64,000 nucleotides of DNA from Eledone cirrhosa (lineage: Eukaryota): assembly GCA_964016885.1 (NCBI GenBank), contig OZ024749.1, positions 4,030,001 through 4,094,000 of the forward strand, read 5' to 3'. This document shows, piece by piece, positions 43,846-58,400 of the stretch. The stretch's first letter is position 1. The number at the start of each line of letters is the position of its first letter. Under the pieces are notes generated by a model. The model was not told the DNA's origin and ran no database searches. It worked only from the letters and a program-made list of their open reading frames with translations. The position numbers and the translations under genes are program-made.

Positions 43846-44339
43846 TATTGCATGGTGTTGCATTCCAATTGCATGTTTATCAATAATTCTATATGAGTAG
43901 CCAATAAAGTTACATAAAGTATTGAGAAACTTAATATTCCATATCGTATAATTAACATAACAAAAGTTTTCTATTTAATGTAGCGTTTTCTGTTAGGTCT
44001 GTAAAACTGACATAGCGAATCATTGCACTCTCTACAAATGGAGAAATGATTAGTTTCAGTTTCCATTTGGCGTTTAGAAAGAGAGATCAGGCTGATATCT
44101 CTATTGAATATCAACAGTCGTGCCAATCGACAATTTCATCGGAATTGTGTTGTTGTTTTTTGTTGTTGTTGTTGCTCTTCTTCTTCTTCTTCTTCTTCTT
44201 CTTCTTCTTCTTCTTCTTCTTCTTCTTCTTCTTCTTCTTCTTCTTGGTGATGTGAGTGAGATAAAAATCTGATTTTTATTCTGCAGTAATCTACTGTATT
44301 CTATAATTAATTAATGTACTCACTGTAGTTAGGTATTGA

Positions 44340-44462
<123 letters not shown>

Positions 44463-44666
44463 CGTGTCTGTATATATATATATATATATATACAGACACA
44501 CATAAGTTTGTGTGTTACGTATTGATACCTCATATCCTTCGTGTGATTCTATTTTCGATTCATTCAACTCTCTATGATTTCGTCTATGTTGTTGTTCTTG
44601 TTGTTGTTTTTGTTGTTGTTATTTTTATTATTATTATTATTATTATTACAGCTGCATTTATCTTGC

Positions 44667-44718
<52 letters not shown>

Positions 44719-44791
44719 TTATTATTATTACAGCTGCATTTATCTTGCTTTATTATTATTATTATTATTATTACAGCTGCATTTATCTTGC

Positions 44792-44832
<41 letters not shown>

Positions 44833-45114
44833 TATTATTACCATATTTGCCACCAATTCTATGTGATGGTGTGTGTATCTCCTTTATTATTTTTACGCAT
44901 ATCTTTATTTATACACCTAATGTTATTTTATAAGAGAAGCTAATAAATTGTTGATGGACGTAAAAATTGCTTTTGCACGATTCTATTGGCTGAATGGGAG
45001 GAAGACGTTATTAATATGTAGACATTCGCCCGGACAATGGGTTTAAAAAGAATTTCAAAATGAAATATTGAGCCTCAGCCAAAATACAATGGAAAGTCTC
45101 CAGCAAACAATAAT

Positions 45115-45672
45115 ATTGATGACGATGATGATGATGATGATGGTGATGTTGATGATGATGATGATGATAATGGTGATGATGATGGTAGTGATGGTGATGT
45201 TGATGTTGATGATGATGAGGTGGAGGATGATGATGAAGATGATGATGATGGTGATAATTATGATGCTGGTGCTGATCATGATGATGATGATGGCGATGAT
45301 GATGACGATAAACGATGGTGATGGTGATGATGATGATGATGAGGGTGGTGATGATGATGATGATGGTGATGATGGCGATGATGATGATGTTGGTGGTGGT
45401 GATGATACTGATGACGGTGATGATGATGATGATGATGAGGATGATGATGATGATGATGGTGGTGATGATGATGCTGAGTACGATGGCTGTTGTATTCATG
45501 ATAATGATGATTATAATTGTCATGGCGATGAAGATTATGAGCGTGGTGATGATGACGATGAAGTTGACGATGATGATGACGATGATGACGATGGTGATGA
45601 TGATGGTGATGAGGATGATGATGATGACGATGGTGATGATGGTGATAATGATGACGATGATGATGATGATGA
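45115..45672. repeat. Degenerate (GAT)n microsatellite
   Basis: Direct reading. Produces the spurious poly-D/M/H/I ORFs. Confidence 0.95.
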
Positions 45673-45846
45673 AAAATAATAACAATAATACAATACCAAC
45701 ATTTAACAAAGCTACAGTACAAAATATAACAACGACAACAATAACGGTCACAACTTTAAAAACAGCAACACTAACAACAACAATTAAAACCAAAATAATA
45801 TTATCAATAATGAAATCAACAACAACAACAACAATAATAATAGTAA

Positions 45847-46226
45847 TAATAATTGTTTCTACTTTAGGCACAAGGCCAGCAATTAACCAGTGCATTACTG
45901 GTACTTTATTTTATCCGTAAGGATGAAAGGCAAAGTCAACCTCGGCGGGATTTGAACTCAGATCGTAAAGGGACGTAACTATGCTGCAAAGCATGGCGTC
46001 CGACCCTCTACCGATACTGCCAATCCACCGGTGATAATAATAATAAGTGTTTCTACTTTTGGCAGAAGACCAGAAAATCACCCAGTGTATTACCGGTACT
46101 TTATTTTATTGACCCTGTAAAGATAAAAGGCAAAGTTAACCTCGGCGGTATTTGAACTCAGAATGGGAAGGGCCGTAACTCTATACGTCAAAGCATGGCG
46201 TCCAACCCTCTAACGATACTGCCAAT
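45847..46226 (-). mobile_element. Two tandem tRNA-derived SINEs (45847-46030 and 46040-46226)
   Basis: Same family as 8380-8790. Confidence 0.85.
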
Positions 46227-46269
46227 CTACAATACAAATAATACCAGCAATTAAAGAAAGACCCACGAT

Positions 46270-46742
46270 AATAAAAACAATAGCAATAATAATAACATCA
46301 ACAGCAACAATAACATCAACAACTACAGTAACAATAACTACAATAACAACACCAACAATAACAATATCAACAACAACAATAACAACATCATCAACAACAC
46401 AACCAATAACAACATCAACAACAACACTACCAATAACAACACCAACAATAACACTACCAATAACAACACCAACAACAACACTACAACAACACCAACAACA
46501 CTACAACAACAACACCAACAACAACACTACAACAACACCAACAACAACACTACAACAACAACAGTACTACCAGTAACAACACCAACAACAACACTACAAC
46601 AACAACACCAACAACAACACTACCAATAAAAATACCAACAATAACAACCACACCAACAATAACAACCGCAACATCAAAAACAACAATAACAACAACATCA
46701 TCAACATCAATAACACTAACAACACCAACAACAACAATAACA
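46270..46742. repeat. Degenerate (AAC)n microsatellite
   Basis: Direct reading. Confidence 0.9.
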
Positions 46743-47145
46743 TTGATTATTTTCCCAACTAATATAATATTAAACACTATTAAATGAACGTATTGAACGA
46801 TATTAGTATATTAAAATATTAAATTTGTTTCATATTTCTATTTTCGATTTTAATGATTATGAAGTTGCTTTTTTTCCCGTCTAAATCTTGATAGGTAATT
46901 CTAATTCTGATATATTTTTCCTAATTAAAAATAAGGAATATCTATTTTAAGACTGTCATATGAAGTCTGAATTAAAGTGTAACTAAAAGCTAATTTAGTC
47001 CATACCTCGTAAGGTAGCCGATGGAATGGGGAACTTGTAATTATAAAGAGAATTACAGACTATTGTGTTGAGATTCAAAATATCCTATGAAATATAACCA
47101 CTCACAAGCCTACACACACACACAAGCACGCATATGTATACACAG

Positions 47146-47188
<43 letters not shown>

Positions 47189-47261
47189 ATTGCTCTGGTA
47201 CTTACATAGAGCACTCCTCACTCCTATGCTTTTTTTCTATTTTTAACGGAAACAACTATAC

Positions 47262-47667
<406 letters not shown>

Positions 47668-47798
47668 CAACCGGCTCAACCCCGATCTAATCCGCCGTAA
47701 CCTTTCTCCGAACTTTACACACCTTCCCACACTTTGTCTTTCCTTCCACGCATTACCTCTGTTTGATTTTGTTACCGTACCCCCTTTTTCTCCGTATA

Positions 47799-48017
47799 TT
47801 TATTATATTTTTGTCTTTATTTGTTAATTTTTCATTCGCACCGTTTCCTTTCGCTATATGTCTCTCCACCACTCCCCTACACACCTTTTGAACTCTTACC
47901 TGAAGAAGGGCTTATGCCCGAAACGTCGTCCTCCACCTACCCCCCACTCTCCTGAGCATGAATCTAATAAACATTTGTCGTACTGCCTCTCTGTTCTGTC
48001 CCTGTTCAATTTTTTAT
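47799..48017 (+). mobile_element. Family E copy with canonical minimal PLE hammerhead (47898-47929)
   Basis: AC CTGAAGA A-GGGC-TTAT-GCCC GAAA CGTC GT. Palindromic stem III ACGT, GUC triplet. Confidence 0.8.
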
Positions 48018-48073
<56 letters not shown>

Positions 48074-48297
48074 TTTCGTTTCTGAATTTGTTTAGCAAGA
48101 TTCTTTATCTGAAATCGTGTGTTGAAACCGATATTGTTATACTTTGGGAGGGTCATGTTGCCAATAAGAAACACACGCACCAGTTGCTTTCACTTCAATT
48201 TAATTTAATATATATTTATAAATTTATAAATTTACAAATTTATAAATTTCTGGTTGGTTGGTTGGTTCCACAACCAGATAGTTGTTTATATATATAT

Positions 48298-48342
48298 AGT
48301 CATAGTTCTTTCGTCACACACTCTGTGACCTCTTCAGTGACT
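48298..48342 (-). ncRNA. Type I hammerhead ribozyme, family F, opposite arm
   Basis: Exact reverse complement of 48457-48501. Confidence 0.8.
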
Positions 48343-48456
48343 GGGGATTTCTTTCTTCGTTTCTGTGCCTTTCCTTTCTTCTATCCTACGCCATTTTCAA
48401 GAAAATGGCGTAGGATAGAAGAAAGGAAAGGCACAGAAACGAAGAAAGAAATCCCC

Positions 48457-48501
48457 AGTCACTGAAGAGGTCACAGAGTGTGTGACGAAAGAACTATGAC
48501 T
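48457..48501 (+). ncRNA. Type I hammerhead ribozyme, family F
   Basis: AGTCA CTGAAGA G-GTCACA-GAGTG-TGTGAC GAAA G-AA-CTA TGACT. Perfect stems I and II, CUA triplet. Confidence 0.8.
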
Positions 48502-48652
48502 ATATATATATAAACAACTATCTGGTTGTGGAACCAACCAACCAACCAGAAATTTATAAATTTGTAAATTTATAAATATTTAATAAATTAAATTGAAGTG
48601 AAAGCAACTGGTGCCTGTGTTTCTTATTGGCAACATGACCCTCCCAAAGTAT

Positions 48653-48695
<43 letters not shown>

Positions 48696-48712
48696 TATAT
48701 ATGTGTGTGTGT

Positions 48713-48791
<79 letters not shown>

Positions 48792-48899
48792 TATATACAT
48801 ATATATATACATATATACATGTGTGTAACTCACACTTTATTGTATCTCTGGGATAATACATACTTCAAATAAATATGTTCTCTAGGATGGATCCATCTC

Positions 48900-49770
48900 T
48901 GAAGGTTGTGGTGAATAATCAAACCTGATAGACTCATGGAAACAATAATGGCTTGCCACAGGGGTCTCTGCATGGACCGACACATTTTGTAATCTTTGTG
49001 AATAATCTGCCTGATCACATCTTAACGTTATTTGTTTAAATTTATGAGGAAGCTTCCAGTGTTTATGCCTGTATGTCCAGGAGCCGCAAAGACTTACCCT
49101 TAGCAGATGTTCTCAGCTCTGACGTAGCGCTATCTGTTCAATGATAATTTTAATACATCGACAACAAGGTTTTTCTCATTTAACCGTAAAATGAATGTCT
49201 ACAATATCCCTTTTGATCAAATGAATTGGTTCTCGCTGAAAGACGTTTAATTAGTTAAATGGCTGTTTGGCCTAAAATTCACTGCAGCTTTCCGTTGTTT
49301 GGTTTTCAAAGCTTTTCGAAACAGGGTGTGGTTTTTCTATCGTTGAAAGAAATATCTGACACCATCTACCATTTTGTGCCTATAGAAGAATCAGATTATG
49401 GCGTTCCGTTGGCACATATAGGACGAAGCTACTCAGTGTTTCCTTTCCTTTCTTGGTAGTGTCCAGAGTCGCTTCATTCAACTTAGCCCTTCTCATCTGT
49501 CAGGCAGCTCTCTCAAAGATTTGCCGTAGTAAAGATGCCATTACTATCATTATTTCCACGATAAATGCTATGACAACCTATCCTCTCTCGTATCCTAAAA
49601 TCCAGACTTTCACCACGATGACCACTCTTGCTAAGTCCATTGACGCACACCTGCAACAGTTTCTTCTTATTCCTAACACCAGACACAAGTTGCAATAGAA
49701 CAAAATACCGAGGGATTACTTTCCTTCCATTGACTTTTATAAGAAAAGGGCTTAATAAATATTTATCCAT
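48900..49770 (+). pseudogene. Old CR1/L2/Jockey-group LINE RT fragment
   Basis: GLPQGSLHGPTHFVIFVNNLPD resembles GVPQGSxLGP..INDLP. Downstream LGSVQSRFIQL and YHYFHDKCYDNLSSLVS resemble the C-terminal region. Confidence 0.55.
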
Positions 49771-50070
49771 GTCATAATCGCATCCAAATTGCCAAATCAT
49801 TGGATATTTTTGCGCTTATATCAATCATTCTTCCATATTGCTTCATCATACATTTCTCCATATTCATTCTGTCATGATATCCATAACCTTGTGTCGTGAC
49901 CTTTGACACATAAAATAAAGAAAATAAAAAATATACATACATACAGATACACACACATACACTCACACAAACACACATACACACACATACACACATTCAC
50001 ACATACACGCACACGCACGCACACACACACGCACACATACACACACACTCACACATATATATATATATAT

Positions 50071-50259
50071 ATAACAAAGGAATTGTGGTAAGGAACCAGA
50101 TGGACCATAACGCACCAGAGTACTCAATACTTAGGGTAGTAGAGTGGGAAATAGGAAAAAGTATGACGGCAGAGCTCAAGCCGTTTCGGCGGCTATTTCT
50201 GGACTTCAGAAATAGCCGTCGACACGGCTTGAGCTCTGCCGTCGGGGTCATAAGTTTTC

Positions 50260-50261
<2 letters not shown>
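50071..50261 (-). mobile_element. Second copy of the hairpin repeat
   Basis: Reverse-complement homologue of 47351-47546, between (TA)n tracts. Confidence 0.75.
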
Positions 50262-50312
<51 letters not shown>

Positions 50313-52499
50313 ATAGAACAACCGATGTGCGTCTTTCGTCAGTAAAGATCTCCAGAAAGATAAACGCCTTAAAACACCGTCTGCCTCATCTGCCCTGAAT
50401 TCTCAGGAAAGTAACTTTTCTACGGTATGATATTTTAATATGCCACCTCCTAAACCATCATGACAAATCCTGCCGTTATACCTTAAATGAATCACATGTC
50501 TTCTTTCAGGTCATGAAGTGTGTGATATTTTAGAAGTTATAGGCGATATATAAAATTCCTTGATATAACCCTTGTTTCATTTAACTGCAAGTCTATTTAA
50601 TCTAATTATGCCCTCTGCAAGACGTATCTGGCTGGATATTCATGTCGTAGCGCTTTTAAATTGAGTATATCCTACCATTCCCTGTTTGCTAGTTATATAT
50701 GATACATCATTTTATCTCACCTCTTATACGACTGAATTGGAAGTAAAGCATCCAACAGCGATATTGTTAAGAAGACAATTTTAAAGTATCAATAAATGAA
50801 GGTGTATTGGATATATCGTGTCAAATCAAGTAGCTTGACTACGATCTTTAAAAGGATGTGTATGAAGTTATATTACGTGTGCAGATAATTCTAGTGAATT
50901 CCTGAATAGCAAATATCCAAACTACAATGCCCTTACTATCAAATAACATTCATTCTATTTATCAAGAATGGCGTATACGATCGTCCTTTATAATTGAATG
51001 CTATCCTCGTATACGCAATGCTAGCGGGGGAAAACGCATTAAACATCCGAAGGGTGAACTTCATTTACTCGTATAACATGATCATTCATCATCTCTATTC
51101 ACTGACATTTACGAGAATTCTTCACTTTCAACTTTGACATGAAACACCATTTTCATATTCTTAATTTTCTTATCTTGTTCCCAAACGGGTTGTGGAATTT
51201 CCCGATTGAAATTGATGATTAAAGAATAAAATATATTTAGCATATGAGAAGCGATCTTTACAATATGGTTCAGAAAAATTATAACTTTCAAGTGGTATTC
51301 GATTAACCAGCACAAAATAATATATGTTGTGTATCTTCTACTAAGATAGACACGATGTTGCCTTTACAAACATATCAAAAGCATTAATCGCTTACATACT
51401 TCATAAATGCATCTTTCGTTTATTCGATAATTGAAATGAATCTGCTAATATACATTTAAAAGATTAAATTGTATCCCCTTTGGAGGTGCTAGAAATGGTA
51501 GTTGAAGATATGTTTCGAATGATACACTTCTATCTTAAATCTATATCTAGTGTAACAAGAAATTCCTGAGATATGCACTAACTTTAAAGAGGATGAGAAG
51601 ATGAACACGTCTTTATTATCAATTGTCATAGTTTTGTTCGATTAGGCAAGCATACAGCTAAAGTTACAAGAAAAATAACAATATGAAACCTTCCTATCAT
51701 AATCTGACAACGAGTCAACGAGCAAGTGTTCCACTTTACGAAAATGACCAACAGTACCCCGTTCATGCTGTGTAAATGATGGAGTATAATATCCACCAGA
51801 GAAGAAATGCGAAATACTGAAATCAAAAGAAGACCATGAAAACAACACAAGAAACCATTCATGTAAAGCTTAACCAAACGAGTGCGATTATGACTAAGAT
51901 GACAGGAGATTTACTATCATTCGAAAACCCCAATGAAGAGAATCTTAAAAGATGATAAGCTGAACATTATATTAAGAGTGTACCGTAATAAAACAAATAA
52001 CATCTTACAGGAAAATCGGAAGCGATACGCTTCAGTTAAAAACTCGCCGAATTATTATTACATTGCTATCCTAGTAAATGAAAACGACGTATGCCTAAAT
52101 TAAATTAAGGTTTAAAGGAATGGACGTCAATTGAAACTAGTACCTGGTTACAATTACAGACAATATTCAAATGACATCTTATCCTTTTAATTCGTCTCAC
52201 TGAACGAATTCTTACGGAAACGTATGGGTTATGAAAGCATTATTTGACATTGCGTCTGGCCACTGAGCTGGCAAAATATGATTTGTCCCTGCAGTTCAGG
52301 GATCCAGATAATTTCACTGTATTAGGCATATATGTCTTAGAAATATATTAAGAGAACAGGTGTCTGTGGAATGCTCAACGACTTGAAGGTTAATTTCATG
52401 AAGACGTTATTCAGATGATTCTCTCAGTTAGAGCAATATTTGTCGGACCGCTGTAAGTTGAGCATGATCAATAAATAACAAGCAGCATTAAATGGTACT

Positions 52500-53037
52500 T
52501 CTTCACCGCATAGAGTTACGTCCCTTTACATTCTGAGTCTCATCGACAGTTGGTAAAGCGTCAAACAACATGCTTTGTATCATGGATTTACGGCACTTTA
52601 CGTTCTGAGTTGCATTTGCAGCATCGGTATGGCTTCGAACAACATGCTACGCGGTATAGAGTCACGACTCTTTACGTTCTGATTTAACATCCCGCCGATT
52701 TTAGCTTTGCGTTTGATCCTTACGGTGTCGATAAAATAAAACAGCAATAATGTACTGGGATCAATTTAATCCAACCTTCACCCGCAACAAAGGTTTCTGC
52801 CTTTATTCCTATAGTAGAAACCATTATTTTCTTTTGTTCGGTGGGCGGTGAAATGGCAATATCGGTAGAGGGTTGGACGCCATGCTTTGATGCATAGAGT
52901 TACGGCCCTTGCCATTCTGAGTTCAAATCCCGCCTAGGTTAACTTTGCCTTTCATCCTTACGGGGGTCGATAAAATAAAGTACCAGTAATGCACTGGGAT
53001 AATTGCTGGCCTTGTACCAAAAGTATAAACAATTATT
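52500..53037 (+). mobile_element. Cluster of tandem tRNA-derived SINEs (best copy 52844-53037; older copy about 52615-52828; partial heads upstream)
   Basis: GGCGGTGAAATGGCAATATCGG...GAGTTCAAATCCCGCC...TTTGCCTTTCATCCTTACGGGGGTCGATAAAATAAAGTACCAG. Confidence 0.85.
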
Positions 53038-53044
53038 TTCTTCT

Positions 53045-54460
53045 GTTCATTTATCTTGCTATATATTCATGCAAGTTTCATCACGTCATAATCAGTGACC
53101 TTAAGAGACAACAAGGTCTGCCATGTTCAATACATAACACAAACACACACACGCACACATGCATTTTAGGTGTTTAAACTTGTGATGTACTTATATATGA
53201 TGTACTTATATTAGAATATTCCTCAGTATATGGGCAGTTCCCCTCAGTACTATATTTTGTATTTCTTCTATACGTGGGTTTCCTGGGATTTGGGATAATT
53301 AATCATTAGACCCCTTTGTTATGATTCCTAGATCGCCTACAACCACTGGTATTATTTTAGTTTTCAACTTCCACATCTTTCCAATCTCTATAATTGCTCA
53401 GGGGATGTGGTTGATACTCCCACCAATTCTTTTGATGGGGCGGGTCAAAGAGCTTACACATTATCCAGTGTATATATTGTGCAGTTCTGTCGAGCCTGTT
53501 TAGGTATTCGGTTGGATCTATACGACTGCTCATTGAAATTGTATGATTGTTTTCTCTGTTGTTTTTTACATACACGGCATAATGGGTTGCATCCATTTTT
53601 TTATGTTGGCTTGATCATTTTTTGCTGGCAGCCACTGATCTTGTGCTGATATAATCAGTCCTTCATTCTCCGATTTCAGTCCAGAGGATGCCAACCACTG
53701 ATGGGTTAAAGTTTTGTCAACATCAGGTTTGTTATCTCTTTCTGGGTATTTTCCATACAGAGTCTTTTCTTGCCATTTCTTAGCCAGTTTCTGTAGCAGT
53801 TCTTTCTTTGCAGTTACCTTTACCTGCTTTGCCTTTTCTGTGTTTTTAATTTCAGCAGTAAAGGGCGCTTCTGAAATTTGTAGTCCATTACTCTATATTT
53901 GTGCATCTTTTGTAATGGAATATGATCTTGTGTTGCTTTCATGTTTCATAATGAGTTTGATCATCAAACCATGTGATTCCCTTACATATGTAGATAATCC
54001 AATTGTTGCAGTTTTCAACGCAATATCTAACTGAATTAACCCACATACTCCTTATTTTCTAGGGAGATATATTCTATCTGTATCTGCTTCAGGGTGATGC
54101 ATTCTGTGCATGCTGAATAATTTTCTAATTTTTGTATCGAGCCTACGGATCTCTGTGCTTAACCAGTTGATGACATTGAAATTGTAGATTACTACTGGTA
54201 TGGCAAGCGTCTTAATGGCATCGATTCTATTCCCTGCATTCAACCCCATTCTTAAGATTGCTCTTACTCTTATCCTTTCCCTCGTTGTCGAGTGCTTGAT
54301 TCCGTCTCCTTCACAAACACCTAGATGTTTGTAAGTTTCCTCTCGATCAAGTTCTCTTATCACATTCCCCCGATCAAGATTAATGACTGAACTTCTCAGC
54401 AGCTTTCCTCTGGTCAACGTGGCGTTGACGCATTTATCATGTCCAAAATCCATTTTTTAA
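53045..54460 (-). mobile_element. 5'-truncated R4/Dong-like LINE
   Basis: MDFGHDKC..YKHLG..HPEADTDRIYLPRK; QWLASSGLKSENEGL; 3' UTR matches 54785-54925. Confidence 0.85.
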
Positions 54461-54480
54461 ATTATTATTATTATTATTAT

Positions 54481-54762
54481 TTGCATTTATCTTGCTACTG
54501 GTATGGCAAGCGTCTTAATGGCATCGATTCTATTCCCTGCATTCAACCCCATTCTTAAGATTGCTCTTAATGTTATCCTTTCCCTCGTTGTCGAGTGCTT
54601 GATTCCGTCTCCGTCACAAACACCTAGATGTTTGTAAGTTTCCTCTCGATCAAGTTCTCTTATCACATTCCCCGGATCAAGATTAATGACTGAACTTCTC
54701 AGCAGCTTTCCTCTGGTCAACGTGGCGTTGACACATTTAACATGTCCAAAATCCATTTTTTA
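54481..54762 (-). mobile_element. Internally deleted duplicate of the preceding Dong-like copy
   Basis: 54494-54762 matches 54191-54460 with the same truncation point, fused directly to the 16-bp element terminus TTGCATTTATCTTGCT. Confidence 0.8.
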
Positions 54763-54782
54763 AATTATTATTATTATTATTA

Positions 54783-55411
54783 TTTGCATTTATCTTGCTT
54801 TATGTTTATACGAGTTATCACCAAGTCACAACCAGTGACCTCAAGAGACAACAAGGTCCGCCATGTTCAAGAAAGGACACACATATTCACACATGCATCC
54901 TTATTGTTTAGACTTGTGATGCACTTATATTGACAGGATCTTCCTTAGTATATGGGCAGTTCCCATTAGTACTATTTTTTGTATTTTTCCTATACGCGGG
55001 TTTCCTGGGATTTGCGATAAGTAGTCGTTAGACCCCTTAGGTATCATTCCCAGAGCGCCTACAACCACTGGTATTGTTTTAGTTCTCAATTTCCACATTT
55101 TTCCAATTTCTATCTCCAGGTCCTTATACTTGCTCAATTTTTCAAATGTTTTTATAGATACATTCTTGTCTATTGGAACAGACATATCAATTAGCAGGCA
55201 TACCCTCCTTTGAAAGTCCTTCAATATTATATCAGGTCTATTTGCATCTATTTTTCGGTCTGTTTGGATGCTAAAGTTCCACAAGATTGAGATGTGATCT
55301 TTTTCAAGTATGGGAGGTGGTTGATGCTCCCACCAATTCTTTTGATGGGGCAGGTCAAAATGCTTACACATTATCCATTATCCAATGTATGTATTGTGCA
55401 GCTCTGTCATG
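54783..55411 (-). mobile_element. 3' end of R4/Dong-like LINE with intact RLE endonuclease frame (54925-55371)
   Basis: ILWNFSIQTDRKIDANRPDIILKD..LLIDMSVP..EKLSKYKDL..IPVVVGALG. (TAA)n on both sides. Confidence 0.88.
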
Positions 55412-55413
55412 CC

Positions 55414-55462
<49 letters not shown>

Positions 55463-55463
<1 letters not shown>

Positions 55464-58400
55464 TTTGAGTCTCAGTCATTGATGTTAGTTAACTGGAAAG
55501 TTTGTTGAAATGAATATCAAGCCACTACCTGCAGCCTCAGATATTCAGTACGTATCGGAGGGTTCTTGCTGTTCCCAGCAAGCATGCTTTTGAGGCGTCC
55601 AAAAAGCGTGAAGGGGGCCAATTTTCTTTAACCATCCCTGGAAACTTTTTGAGATAGTACCTAGTGCGCCTATGACAATCGGGACCACTTTGACTTCATG
55701 GCAGTTCCAAATCCTTTTTTACCTCCCACTTTAAGTCCTGGTATCGGTTAATTTTCTCCCTCTCCTTCTCTAGCACTCTCGTGTCGAATGGGCAGGCCAC
55801 ATCCACAATCAGGCACGATCTTTTTTCTTTGTCCAAAACCACCAGGTCAGGTCTATTGTGTTCCAGTTTCTTGTCCGTCTGTATCCTAAATCCCACAGCA
55901 CCTTCACCTGATCGATTTCTATCACAGACTCTGGCTTATGCTCATACCACTTCTCAGAATGTGGTAAATTGGTTACTTCGCATAGATGCCAGTGGATCAC
56001 CCTGCCCATCATATCATGTCTCCAGCCATTATAGTAAGTCTGGGCTAGGTGTTTACACTCGGATACAATGTGAGCCACAGTCTCCTCTCTCTCTCTCTCC
56101 ACAGATCCTGCACAGTGGGCTAGCCTCCTCCTTGTAAATATGGTGTTTCAACCACGTCGTTTTGAGGGGCTCCTCTTGCGCAGCCGTTAACATTCCTTCT
56201 GTAGCCTTATTAAGGTCTCCTCTTTTCAACCATTTCCATGTCTGTGGATCTCTGAATTCAGTTTTCTCAAAGAAGTTACTATGAAGGGATTTTCCATGAA
56301 GGCTGCTCTTTCTCCTTGTTGTTATTTCCTCCTTGGACATCCCCTGGTCTATTGTCCTCTCCTTCAGTACAGTTCTGTGCATTGGTTCCTTACTATCAGT
56401 CACGTATTTGTGTAGGTTGTTTTTCTCCATCTGAACAAAATCCTGTATGCTGATAAGACCTCTTCCACCTTCAGATCTCCTTAAGTAGAGTCTATCGACA
56501 TCACTCCTCTTGTGGAACATGTTGTACTTAGCCAATAGCTTCCTATTCTTCCTATCCATTTCTTTTTGTTCAGCAACATTCCATCTCAGAATTCCCGCAC
56601 TGTACCTAATAATAGACACAGCTCGGGAATTTACTGCACTTATGGCATTCCTAATGTTCAGATGTGACTTTAATACGCTCCGAATGTATTCACTTCCTAT
56701 CAATTCCTTCAGTTTTTTGTTCTTGATGTCATCAGCCTCCAGAACACCCAAATACTTGTATCCTTCGTCAGTGTCAATTTCCTTTATCATCTGACCTGTT
56801 GGTGCCTGGATTCCGTTGCTTCTGCTCAATTTACCCCTCTTCGTCACAATCTCTCTACACTTACTAATACCAAATTGCATACATATATCATTGCTGAAAA
56901 TACGGACAGTGTCAACAAGCACATCCAACTCCTTCTCACTCTTCCCGAAGAGCTTGAGATCGTCCATGAAGAGGAGGTGATTGATGGTAAGCTCTCTCTT
57001 TCCCAACTTGTATCCTGCTCTCACGTTCCGCAGTATAATAGTCAGGGGCATCAGGGCAAGGACTAACAGCTGAGGGGACAGACTATCTCCCTGGAAGATA
57101 CATCTCTTCATCTTCACGCTTCCCAAGCATTTTCCAAATGATGTTAACTCTGTTTCCCAGGACTTCATACTTTTGCCCAACATCTGTCTGATGTTATCTG
57201 CCACCTTGAAGATCTCTAGGCTTTTGGTGATCCAAGAATGAGGCACCATGTCAAATGACTTGTTGTAGTCTATCCATCCCATGGCAAGAACAGTGTGTCC
57301 CCTCTTGCAATTCCTCATTACCATCTTATCAATAAGTAACTGGTCCTTTGTACCACGGGACTTCTTTCGGCATCCTTTCTGTTCGTCCGGTAACAAGTTG
57401 TTTGTGTGGAGGTGATGGTAGATTTCCTCAGACATAATGCTTGTCAACAGTTTCCACATTACGGACAGACATGTGATAGGTCTATAGTTGGTAACATCCT
57501 TACCCTTGATTCGGTCTTTCATTATCAGAACTGTGGTACCTTTAGTCAACCTCTCTAGGTACCTCACCTGATATCAAGCAGTCATTGAACATGGTTGTCA
57601 GTTTCGGGTGGAGGGATGTTATATTTATAATCCAATACCCCTGCACACCATCTGGGCCTGGTGATTTCCAGTTGGTTAGTTTTCTAGCCTACCCCTTAAG
57701 AGTTTCAACTGTGATAATCAAATCAGTTTGTTGGTGTGCCTGTTCACTAATCTTCTTCTGTACTGTCTCAATCCACACTGCCTGGTCATTATGTTTAACA
57801 TCCTGCTTCCATATTCCTCTCCAGAATGTTTTAGTTTGTTCCGCCTCAGGGATCAAGTCGTTGCCTCTTTCTTTCCTTCAAGCTGTCCAAACAGCATCTT
57901 CTGGTTGTTTGCAAACATGCGGTTCTGTCTATACTGACTGACTCTGCTCTCGTATCGCCTAATTTTTGCACTCTTTGCTACAATGCGTTGCTTCAGTTCC
58001 TCTATGATAATATTTAGCATTTTCCTCATAGTTTTGTACTTTATTTCCAGTCTATTTTAAGTGTCTATGTTTTTAGTGTCCCATTCAGTAGGGACTCAAG
58101 CTTTCCAATGTCATTTCTCATTTCCCTGATTTGACCACTTTAGTCGTTTCTTCCACCAAGGCTCTGATCTTTCTTGTTTGTTGTTTCCTCTCGCTTTTAT
58201 ACCAAGTAACTTCCTCACCGCATTTGCTGTTGCTTTGAGGATATTGTTGCACTGGTGAAGGCTCCTCGTCTAAAGGTATGGAATGACTTTGTTTACCTTA
58301 GCTGTTGTTTCTTTTAACTTTTTCCTGTCTACAAATCTTAGGTTCATAGGTTTCCCACTATCATTGTTCAATTCATCTACCACTAAGTTTAGGATATCAA

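Larger units (their letters stand above)
48131..48660. mobile_element. About 530-bp head-to-head palindrome, family F (about 265-bp arms, 2-nt spacer at 48399-48400)
   Basis: Centre reads CGCCATTTTC-AA-GAAAATGGCG. Inner arms appear identical. (TA)n on both outer sides. Confidence 0.92.

Noticed and set aside
51626-51877. Short minus-strand ORFs with a signal-peptide-like stretch and VEHLLVDSLSDYDRKV (faintly like a Cys-loop receptor N-terminus)
   Set aside because: Too short, weak splice sites, and no downstream receptor exons found.
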